A stretch of 61,237 nucleotides of DNA from a virus (lineage: Duplodnaviria; Caudoviricetes): positions 1 to 61,237 of IMG/VR virus record IMGVR_UViG_3300017913_000657; one strand, 5' to 3'. Within the stretch, counting starts at the first letter, position 1. The number at the start of each line of letters is the position of its first letter. The notes under the pieces are model-generated. The model was given only the letters and a program-made list of their open reading frames with translations. It ran no database searches and was not told where the DNA came from. Of this stretch, positions 8,478 to 15,677 are shown piece after piece. Position numbers and translations under genes: made by a program.

Positions 8478-8714
8478 ATGCAGAACATCAAAGCAGCAAT
8501 CCCGACCAGCGCAGAGCTGACCAATCAAATCATCAAGTTCGAAGAGGGCCAGATGCAAACCATCGACGAGGTACTTACTCTGTTCTCTATCCTCCTGCAA
8601 ACCAGAATGGCTTGGTCCATGCAGGGTGCATACGGACGGACGGCCCGACACCTCATCGACCAAGGAAGTTTATCCGAGGATGGCACAATAACCCACGAGT
8701 TCCTGCCGTTCTAA
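8478..8714 (+). CDS. Small conserved phage protein (AW.MQG.YGRTA motif), unknown function
   Basis: Motif FEEG...LFS.L..T.MAWSMQGAYGRTA..LI..G resembles a small phage protein family. Confidence 0.75.
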   Translation: MQNIKAAIPTSAELTNQIIKFEEGQMQTIDEVLTLFSILLQTRMAWSMQGAYGRTARHLIDQGSLSEDGTITHEFLPF

Positions 8715-8721
8715 CTATAGA
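8686..8721 (+). promoter_or_regulatory. Early promoter-like motif (within the 3' end of the upstream CDS)
   Basis: caata-N16-cgtt-ctaa-ctataga. Confidence 0.8.
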
Positions 8722-8733
8722 AAGACACACATC

Positions 8734-8922
8734 ATGAAGGCAATCGAAATCATCTACAGCTTCGTCGACATTGAGGAAGCAGGGTTATTCCTCTTCACTG
8801 ACCTCAAGGCCATGCTCGACGACCACAACGACTGCATGGAGACCAACTACAGGACCATGGAAGCGTTCAACCTGAACGAGGAATACTACGAAATCAAGAA
8901 GATGAAATTTTTTCTGAACTGA
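8734..8922 (+). CDS. Small acidic early protein
   Basis: 62 aa; AAAGACACACATC-ATG leader. Confidence 0.75.
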   Translation: MKAIEIIYSFVDIEEAGLFLFTDLKAMLDDHNDCMETNYRTMEAFNLNEEYYEIKKMKFFLN

Positions 8923-8925
8923 AGA

Positions 8926-8960
8926 CAATACAGAACACAAACCAGCGTTACAATACTGAA
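8926..8960 (+). promoter_or_regulatory. Early promoter-like motif, variant
   Basis: caata-N15-cgtta, without the full CTATAGA. Confidence 0.65.
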
Positions 8961-8978
8961 CGCACAATACAATTCAAC

Positions 8979-9233
8979 ATGAGCATTTTTGATAGACCAC
9001 AACGCAGCTTCCGCATCGAGGGGGCATCCGATGACCGAGGAGTCATGAAGATTCAGGTAGGCAAGCTGACCATGTCAGTCACGACCATCGACGGACAGAA
9101 CGAAGTCCTAGTGTCTACTGGTAACGGGCACACCCACCTCGCACACAAGCAGCACATCCAATGCTTCAGCGACATCATCCACATCTTCTGGGATGTCGAG
9201 AAGATTGCGAAGCTCAACGACAACGACGAGTAA
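8979..9233 (+). CDS. Hypothetical protein
   Basis: 84-aa ORF after the motif. Confidence 0.75.
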   Translation: MSIFDRPQRSFRIEGASDDRGVMKIQVGKLTMSVTTIDGQNEVLVSTGNGHTHLAHKQHIQCFSDIIHIFWDVEKIAKLNDNDE

Positions 9234-9235
9234 TC

Positions 9236-9364
9236 ATGGAAGACAAAGAGTACATCTACTTCTACCAGCGGAACGGGCACACGCTGTCCACCCCCAACCT
9301 CAACATCGCCCTGAACCGGGCAGAGGGACAAGTCTTAGAGAAAGAAATCAAACCCCAAGCATAA
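9236..9364 (+). CDS. Small hypothetical protein
   Basis: MEDKEYIYFYQ..., packed between neighbours. Confidence 0.6.
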   Translation: MEDKEYIYFYQRNGHTLSTPNLNIALNRAEGQVLEKEIKPQA

Positions 9365-9591
9365 TGGAAAAGCACAATCAGTTCACCCTACAGGATAGCG
9401 TCAAGGTCTTGGCGATGGTCCTCCGCAACGCCCGCGAGTACGACAAGGGCAACATCGACATCGGTCAACTCGGCACCGCTACGATGCACGCAGCCGACGA
9501 AGCAGAGAAGTACGGCATCACCCCGGAGTTGTGCGAGCGACTCTCCAAAGCGTTCGACTCTGACCAGTCACTTAACTCTTGGGAAGCATGA
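9364..9591 (+). CDS. Hypothetical protein
   Basis: MEKHNQF...; TAATG coupling. Confidence 0.65.
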   Translation: MEKHNQFTLQDSVKVLAMVLRNAREYDKGNIDIGQLGTATMHAADEAEKYGITPELCERLSKAFDSDQSLNSWEA

Positions 9592-9800
9592 TGTGGATAA
9601 GCAAGTTGAGAAGTTGGTTGAGGAATCTGTTGAAAGTCTCACCCAAACATGCGAACTTCGCTCAACAAGTTGAACGGGAGCGCAAAGCCTACAATAACCT
9701 TGTTATCCAGCAATCAGTGATGTTGGATGAGTATGAAGACTTGGTTAAAGCATACGATGAAGAACTCAATTCAAGTAACTCAAATAAAACTACAGCATGA
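9588..9800 (+). CDS. Hypothetical protein (coiled coil)
   Basis: ATGA coupling on both sides. Confidence 0.6.
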   Translation: MMWISKLRSWLRNLLKVSPKHANFAQQVERERKAYNNLVIQQSVMLDEYEDLVKAYDEELNSSNSNKTTA

Positions 9801-10351
9801 GTACACACAAGTTTAAGACCACGAACATCCGTGGCAAGCAGTACGTCGAGGTCAACGAACGTATCAAATTCTTCCGGCAGGAGGACCAGTACAAGAACTG
9901 GACAATCTCAACCGACTGCACCATCGCAGAGGATGGCACACAGGTTATCTGCAAGACCATCATCGCTGACCCCGAACAGCGGGTCATCGCAACGGGAACC
10001 GCACACGAGGAGAAGTCTTCGAGTAACATCAACAAGACGTCCTTCGTAGAGAACTGCGAGACCTCAGCCATCGGTCGTGCCCTTGCCGTGATGGGAATCG
10101 GTATCGACACCAGCATTGCATCTGCAAACGAGGTGAAGGACGCCATTGCCAAGCAGGAGTCCGGTGACAAACCGAAGGCCAAGGCAAAGGATACCACGGA
10201 GCAAGACTTTCAGAAGGCCGTGACCTATCTGAAGAACTCCAAGGACGTTGCTGCTGACTGGTCCAAGATTCAGAAGCAGTGCGAGACCAAGTTCAGCAAG
10301 GAGCAGTACGACCGACTCCAAGCATTCGCAGCAGAGAAAGCCCGCAAGTAA
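9797..10351 (+). CDS. Putative single-strand annealing recombinase (Sak/Rad52/ERF-like)
   Basis: KQYVEVNERI...ATGTAHE...INKTSFVENCETSAIGRALA.GIG motif; adjacent to exonuclease and SSB. Confidence 0.6.
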   Translation: MSTHKFKTTNIRGKQYVEVNERIKFFRQEDQYKNWTISTDCTIAEDGTQVICKTIIADPEQRVIATGTAHEEKSSSNINKTSFVENCETSAIGRALAVMGIGIDTSIASANEVKDAIAKQESGDKPKAKAKDTTEQDFQKAVTYLKNSKDVAADWSKIQKQCETKFSKEQYDRLQAFAAEKARK

Positions 10352-11115
10352 TGCTGAGTCTGAAACTTGCTGAGGCCGTAGGCAAAGGCCACCTGTCATA
10401 CAGCTCCGTTAAGTATGCGCTTCAAGACATGAAGCTCTGGGAGATGTACATGAAAGGACAGCTCTTCAAGGAGAGCGAGGCCCTCACCTTCGGGAGTATG
10501 TACGACTGCCTTCTCTTTACACCTGAGGATTTCGACAAACAGTTCTTGGTGCTAAATGACAGCGCAAAGTGTGAGGAGATTGGCGGTCGTGCGCCACGCA
10601 TGACCAACAAGTACAAGGCTTGGGTCAAGGACTTTCAGGAGGAGGCTGACGAGAAGGGCGTAAAGCTCATCGGTCAGGACGACTTCAAGAAAGCACAGGA
10701 AATGATTGAACGGCTGAAGGTCAGTGGTGTGTTGGAAGAGTACCTCATCGGAGACTACCAGCACGAGTTCAATCAGGAGATTGATGGCGTTCCTGTCCGG
10801 GGATTCTTGGATTGCCTGAACAAGAACTACATCAGTGACCACAAGACCACGAGGAGTTTGTCCTCCTTCAGGTACGCTGTCAGGGATTACGGCTATGACA
10901 TTCAAGCCTACATCTACTGCTCCGTACTGGGACTGGACAAGTTCTACTGGGTCGCACAAGAGAAGGCCTACCCGTATGCCATCGGCGTGTACGAAGCCAG
11001 CGAGGAGACCATCCTCAACGGCAAGGCCAAGTTCGAGAAGGCGGTTGACAGAATCACCCGCTACTTAGACAATAACATTGAGACGGAAACGTTCTTCATA
11101 AAAGGAGTAATCTAA
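10351..11115 (+). CDS. PD-(D/E)XK exonuclease (RecE/exonuclease VIII, DUF3799-like)
   Basis: LSYSS.K, ALTFGS..DC.L, VRGFLD...ISDHKTT, YGYDIQAYIY; start at 10351. Confidence 0.85.
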   Translation: MLSLKLAEAVGKGHLSYSSVKYALQDMKLWEMYMKGQLFKESEALTFGSMYDCLLFTPEDFDKQFLVLNDSAKCEEIGGRAPRMTNKYKAWVKDFQEEADEKGVKLIGQDDFKKAQEMIERLKVSGVLEEYLIGDYQHEFNQEIDGVPVRGFLDCLNKNYISDHKTTRSLSSFRYAVRDYGYDIQAYIYCSVLGLDKFYWVAQEKAYPYAIGVYEASEETILNGKAKFEKAVDRITRYLDNNIETETFFIKGVI

Positions 11116-11381
11116 TGACCGCACAAGAGCTACTTGTACGAGCAGGTGTCCACTGGAACACCGACATGACCACCCCAGCAGGGTTCAATACCCCAGCCTT
11201 TAGGTACCGCTGCATGGCGGCACACATTGCGCTGACAAAACTCAAGACCAGCTACGATGAGCTGGAGAACTTGATGAACGCTGACCGTGGTACGCTCAGA
11301 CTGATGTGGCTTTACACGGACGGACTCCTCAATGAGGTTCAAAGCCGCAGAGAGTACAACACCTTCAAAGAAACCCTTTAA
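11115..11381 (+). CDS. Hypothetical protein
   Basis: 88-aa coupled ORF. Confidence 0.7.
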   Translation: MTAQELLVRAGVHWNTDMTTPAGFNTPAFRYRCMAAHIALTKLKTSYDELENLMNADRGTLRLMWLYTDGLLNEVQSRREYNTFKETL

Positions 11382-11391
11382 TTTCAATAAC

Positions 11392-11658
11392 ATGGCTGAT
11401 AACAGCAAAGTGTTTGTGGGCTACACCGAATGCCCTCGCGTTACCCAGAAGATTTCGTTCACCACGGAGGAACTGGACAACCTCAAGCAGTACGCAACCC
11501 AGAAGGGTCGCGTGTACGTCACCGTGGTCAGTGTCCCTGACCGGAACGCGGAAGATGGTCGTCGCATGAAGACCTTCTGCGAAGTGTACGACCCCAACGC
11601 CCCTCAGGAGCAGGAGCGGAAGGCGTCGAACATGACCACGAATGAAGTGCCATTCTAA
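11392..11658 (+). CDS. Putative ssDNA-binding protein
   Basis: Small beta-rich protein ending in an SSB-like tail (NEVPF); lies in the recombination module. Confidence 0.6.
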   Translation: MADNSKVFVGYTECPRVTQKISFTTEELDNLKQYATQKGRVYVTVVSVPDRNAEDGRRMKTFCEVYDPNAPQEQERKASNMTTNEVPF

Positions 11659-11674
11659 TTGAGCGGCCCCTCAT

Positions 11675-11749
11675 GTAGGTAGGAGGGATTATCCGTTAGG
11701 GGGGAGGAGTTTTTATGATGTATGTTTTTCTCTTCCCCCCGCTACCTAC
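11675..11749 (+). ncRNA. Candidate structured antisense RNA with a 20-nt loop complementary to early-gene start regions
   Basis: Outer stem gtaggtag/ctacctac (8 bp); inner stem ggggggaggag/ctcttcccccc (11 bp, one G-U); loop tttttatgatgtatgttttt at 11710-11729. Confidence 0.6.
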
Positions 11750-11764
11750 CCAACCCAGCATCCA

Positions 11765-11854
11765 ATGAGACGGATTATTAGATACCTATTGTGGATTGAA
11801 GAGCAGCGAATCAAGGCTGCCATCCATTGCGGTCACCCCGGACCATTGATGTAG
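11765..11854 (+). CDS. 29-aa small protein
   Basis: MRRIIRYLLWIEEQRIKAAIHCGHPGPLM*, between the hairpin and the tRNA. Confidence 0.5.
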   Translation: MRRIIRYLLWIEEQRIKAAIHCGHPGPLM

Positions 11855-11862
11855 GGTGTACT

Positions 11863-11936
<74 letters not shown>

Positions 11937-11973
11937 CTCCCCATTTTAATACCAACCTATTTCATTCCCCCCT

Positions 11974-12591
11974 ATGAACAACGTCTTCAATGAAATCAAA
12001 GAAGAGTTCTTGCTCCGGGTTGGTGAGTCCGTAGAGAATCGCAAGCGTGACCATCACAACGTAGAGTTGCGTGCGTCACTGACCAACGCGATGATTCCCT
12101 TCTGCCATCAGCGTAACCTCGCTGAGATTTGGGAGAAGGACAGGACCACCATCTACAACTACGAGCGGAACCATGAAGCATACTTCCTGACCAGTAGTAA
12201 CTACCGAGTGTGGTACGCCACAGCCTGTGAACTGGTTGCCGAGAAACTGGGAGACATCCCTCCTCGGAACGTTAATTTAGCCATCAATACAGAGGTCAAT
12301 ACTCATGAGCAAATTGATTCAATCAAACGCACAATCGAAGTCCTCCAAGGATTCCTCGAAAAGCTCCAAGCCAACCTACAACCCAGTAAACCCCGAACAC
12401 TACAAGAAGTACGGGAAGCAGGTCTGGGAAATGATGGTCGACATCTGGGGGACAGACTTGTACATCGCGTTCTGCGAGATGAACAGCTTCAAGTATCGGA
12501 TGAGAGCGGGCGACAAGCCGGAAGCGGACATCCAGAAGGACTTGGAGAAGGCCAAGTGGTACGAGAACCTAGCGAAACAACTGCGGGATGA
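11974..12591 (+). CDS. Putative helix-turn-helix DNA-binding protein
   Basis: QRNLAEIWEKDRTTIYNYERNH resembles a DnaA-C-type HTH; C-terminal half overlaps the next ORF. Confidence 0.55.
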   Translation: MNNVFNEIKEEFLLRVGESVENRKRDHHNVELRASLTNAMIPFCHQRNLAEIWEKDRTTIYNYERNHEAYFLTSSNYRVWYATACELVAEKLGDIPPRNVNLAINTEVNTHEQIDSIKRTIEVLQGFLEKLQANLQPSKPRTLQEVREAGLGNDGRHLGDRLVHRVLRDEQLQVSDESGRQAGSGHPEGLGEGQVVREPSETTAG

Positions 12592-12679
12592 GGGAAAGAA
12601 GAGTAACAATCTATCCAACCATCTATCGCACACAGGAGGCCGTAGTCACGACGTTAGATACAGTTCTAACGAGGATTAA
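12305..12679 (+). CDS. DUF3310 (SaV-like / T7 gp1.7-like) protein
   Basis: VNPEHY...FCEMNSFKYRMRAGDK...KDLEKAKWY. Confidence 0.85.
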   Translation: MSKLIQSNAQSKSSKDSSKSSKPTYNPVNPEHYKKYGKQVWEMMVDIWGTDLYIAFCEMNSFKYRMRAGDKPEADIQKDLEKAKWYENLAKQLRDEGKKSNNLSNHLSHTGGRSHDVRYSSNED

Positions 12680-14384
12680 GGAAGGCAAAAGCGAGGCGAG
12701 AGTAGAGAAGGTACGCGCGGGCGACAAGAAGGAGAAGCAAAACCTCCCGGCTGTATGCTTTAGTGGAATCTTCAGAGACAATCAACGCAAGGACGATGCA
12801 CTGCTGTACCACAGCGGTCTAGTCGTCTTGGATTTTGACCATGTCGATGTCGAAAGAACAAAGAAAGCACTGGCTGGCAATAAGTACATTGCTGCATGCT
12901 GGGTATCCCCCAGTGGTGACGGAGTTAAAGCCCTCGTCGAGGTCACCAATACGGAGAAGCACCGGGACCACTACCGCTCACTCAAGAAATACTTTGATGA
13001 GCAGTACGGACTAGAGCTGGACAGCACAGGGGAGAACGAGTCCCGTGCCTGCTTCGAAAGCTATGACCCAAACATTGTAATCAAGGATACCCACGAGAAG
13101 TATGGGGGTATGCTGTCCGAGCGTTCGGAACGGCAGGAGATTAAGGACTCGGATGTCATCACCGACTTCCAGAAGGTGAACATCGCGTCCATGATGATTG
13201 CCAAGGCCAAGGACGGAGAGAAGCACAACGTTCTGGTCAAGGCTGCCACCCTGATGGGAGGTTACATTGCCAGCGGTATCGTCGAAGAGGACGTAGCCAT
13301 GTGGGTGCTGGAGAGGGAGATTGCCAAGCGCGATGTCGACTCCATTGACCACGCCATCAAGTCCATCAAGGATGGGATTGAGAACGGCAAGAAGCTGCCC
13401 ATATCTGAGGTCATCAACAGCGAGGAGAGAATCAGGAGAGAGATGCGCCTCAACGATGGCGACATGTCCTTCGTATCCTCTGACGACACGGACTACGAGT
13501 GGATTGAGAAGTACGTTGCTGGTGAGATTCCCATCGGCCTGAGCACGGGCAATCAGTTTCTGGATGAGCACTTCGTATTCAAGAAGGAGTTCGTCATGAT
13601 TAACGGGCACAGCAACATCGGCAAGACCACCTTCGCCCTGTGGATGATGGTAGCCAGTGCGATGAACCACGACTGGAGATGGGTCATCTACTCCAGTGAG
13701 AACAAGACGGCTGCCGTGAAGATGAAGCTGATGTGCTTTGCTCTGAACAAGCCTATTGCCCGAACCACATATCAGGAGCGCAAGCATGCCAGAGAGTGGG
13801 TGGAGAATCACTTTGTGGTCATCGACAACAGCAAGACCTACAGCTACACCGACATCATTGTCTTCTGTGAGAAGGTCCATCGCAACAACCCCATCGACGG
13901 GCTGTTCGTTGACCCATACAACAGCCTCAAGATTGAGATGTCCATGAGCAGGGGCGTGGGTGTACACGAGTACCACTACGAGGCAGCGTCCGAGTTCCTG
14001 ACCTTCAGTAACAACCTCGACCTTGCCGTGTGGGTCAACGCCCACAGCGTGACCGAGTCCCAGAGAAGGAAGGGAGATGATGGCCTGCCCATTGCACCCT
14101 ACGCTGAGGACACTGAGCACGGAGGCAAGTGGGTCAACCGCGCCGACTGCTTCATCACCTTGCACCGGAAGATTCAGCACCCAGATGTGCTCCAGCGGAG
14201 ATGTATCGAGATGCACGTTCGGAAGGTAAGAGAGACTGACACGGGCGGGAAACCCACGCCATACTTGGAACCGCTGATGTTTGAATTCAACAGCAGCATG
14301 AGTGGTTACGGCATGCTCAAGCCTGAGTCAAAGTTGTTTACAAGTCTTGGTGAAAAATTAGTTGGACAACAAACCTCACTCTGA
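12588..14384 (+). CDS. Primase-helicase (BT4734/VirE-N-like primase domain plus SF4/DnaB-like helicase)
   Basis: KQNLPAVCFSG.F, SGLVVLDFDH, WVSPSGDGVK, RACFESYDP; Walker A GHSNIGKT; FVDPYN; NAH. Confidence 0.88.
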   Translation: MRERRVTIYPTIYRTQEAVVTTLDTVLTRIKEGKSEARVEKVRAGDKKEKQNLPAVCFSGIFRDNQRKDDALLYHSGLVVLDFDHVDVERTKKALAGNKYIAACWVSPSGDGVKALVEVTNTEKHRDHYRSLKKYFDEQYGLELDSTGENESRACFESYDPNIVIKDTHEKYGGMLSERSERQEIKDSDVITDFQKVNIASMMIAKAKDGEKHNVLVKAATLMGGYIASGIVEEDVAMWVLEREIAKRDVDSIDHAIKSIKDGIENGKKLPISEVINSEERIRREMRLNDGDMSFVSSDDTDYEWIEKYVAGEIPIGLSTGNQFLDEHFVFKKEFVMINGHSNIGKTTFALWMMVASAMNHDWRWVIYSSENKTAAVKMKLMCFALNKPIARTTYQERKHAREWVENHFVVIDNSKTYSYTDIIVFCEKVHRNNPIDGLFVDPYNSLKIEMSMSRGVGVHEYHYEAASEFLTFSNNLDLAVWVNAHSVTESQRRKGDDGLPIAPYAEDTEHGGKWVNRADCFITLHRKIQHPDVLQRRCIEMHVRKVRETDTGGKPTPYLEPLMFEFNSSMSGYGMLKPESKLFTSLGEKLVGQQTSL

Positions 14385-14403
14385 CCGTAAATTGTAACAC
14401 AGA

Positions 14404-14895
14404 ATGGGTAGGCAGTACAAGAAAAACCTGACCAGACCCCACAAGAAGCGTGCAAAAAAGCGCGACTTAGACAGGGGGAAAGTCAAACTCAAGTCATCAC
14501 TTGAGGCGTACTGCTACGACCAACTGAAAGAAGCAAAGCTGAGTTTTGAATATGAAGAAGAGACCTTCCAACTGGTGGATTCGTTCCGTTACAGTGGGAC
14601 TTACTTCAAGTCTTCGAGGGCCAAGGATGTCATGACGAACGCGACGAACCGGGTGGTGTTGCCCATCAAGTACACCCCCGACTTCGTCAGTCATGAGCAC
14701 AGGTTCTTTATTGAGACCAAAGGTTACGTCCCATCTCAACACACGTTTCCCATTCGCTGGAAGCTGTTCCTGAAATACCTCAGGGAAAACGACATGGACG
14801 ACTACATGCTTTTCATTCCCAAGAATAAGAAGCAGGTCGACGACGCAATCAGAATCATTAAAGAACACCTCAATGACAAAACGAAAACTGAGTGA
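14404..14895 (+). CDS. Holliday junction resolvase-like endonuclease (T7 endonuclease I / DUF1064-like)
   Basis: KSSLE, FEYE, YTPDF, IETKG motifs. Confidence 0.8.
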   Translation: MGRQYKKNLTRPHKKRAKKRDLDRGKVKLKSSLEAYCYDQLKEAKLSFEYEEETFQLVDSFRYSGTYFKSSRAKDVMTNATNRVVLPIKYTPDFVSHEHRFFIETKGYVPSQHTFPIRWKLFLKYLRENDMDDYMLFIPKNKKQVDDAIRIIKEHLNDKTKTE

Positions 14896-15085
14896 GCTGT
14901 ACAGCTACTCGACACAGGAGATTCACAAGCTCACAACCAACCTGTACGAGGAGCTGCACACCACCAAAGGAGAACCAAGCGAGGAATGGGAGCAAGCCCT
15001 TGACCTCGTTCGCAAGTACAAGAAGCTAGTAATCAATGAGCTTGAAGCAATCAAGATTGCGCTCAAGGAATACATTGATGAATGA
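14873..15085 (+). CDS. Hypothetical protein
   Basis: 70-aa helical ORF. Confidence 0.65.
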   Translation: MTKRKLSELYSYSTQEIHKLTTNLYEELHTTKGEPSEEWEQALDLVRKYKKLVINELEAIKIALKEYIDE

Positions 15086-15666
15086 GTTCAGTAGATGCGG
15101 ACATCGAGTGGGGCGAACAAGTTGAAAAGGCTTGGGCCAGATACCTGCTATCGAAGGACTCGACGTTCCAGATAGAGTACAGTGTGGGTAAGGTTCCGGG
15201 ATGGGACTTAAAAGTTACAAGGGGGGACGGGCGGATGCGTCTTTACGAAGTCAAGTGGGATGCGTCTGCCCAAACCTACTGGAAGGGGTACAAGGGAATC
15301 CTGCCCCCTACTGGTAACGCCTACATGGAAATCTACAACCCTCGTTCTGACAAGCCTGCTGGTTTGATGGCGTCGAGGGCACACTACTACGTCTATGCAA
15401 TGCTCCAAGCCAATCAATATCACGAACGGCTGGAGGACTTGGGTAACTGGAAGTCTCAGGTCTACTTGTTCGACGCAGACAGGCTAAAAAAATACGTTAC
15501 ATCACACAATTTTAAGGAGCGAGATGCGTCAAGAGATGTAACAGACGGTAGAGTCAACTCACGCGGCAAGCTCATACCCTTAGCGCGACTAAACAAGGAC
15601 GCAGAGGAGTGTGGCCTGTTGTGGAAGGTGGATTTTACTGAGTATATTCGCTTCCTTTTTCTTTAA
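15082..15666 (+). CDS. Putative PD-(D/E)XK-family nuclease-like protein
   Basis: GE..E...WDL...YEVKWD...TGN.YME pattern. Confidence 0.55.
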   Translation: MSSVDADIEWGEQVEKAWARYLLSKDSTFQIEYSVGKVPGWDLKVTRGDGRMRLYEVKWDASAQTYWKGYKGILPPTGNAYMEIYNPRSDKPAGLMASRAHYYVYAMLQANQYHERLEDLGNWKSQVYLFDADRLKKYVTSHNFKERDASRDVTDGRVNSRGKLIPLARLNKDAEECGLLWKVDFTEYIRFLFL

Positions 15667-15677
15667 CCCCCTAACTT

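Noticed and set aside
3122-8663. Long antisense ORFs (3122..4165, 7224..8663; also 13011..14216, 40904..42382, 50518..52452)
   Set aside because: They mirror strongly codon-biased real genes on the other strand, have Val/Leu/Gly-rich shadow composition and show no motifs.
4542-8960. Early repeats as a CRISPR array or integron attC sites
   Set aside because: The repeats are bipartite with variable internal spacers, are separated by whole genes and are not palindromic; no cas or integrase gene was recognised.
11675-11749. This hairpin as an ordinary intrinsic terminator
   Set aside because: It has a 20-nt loop, a second enclosing stem and no U-tract after the stem.
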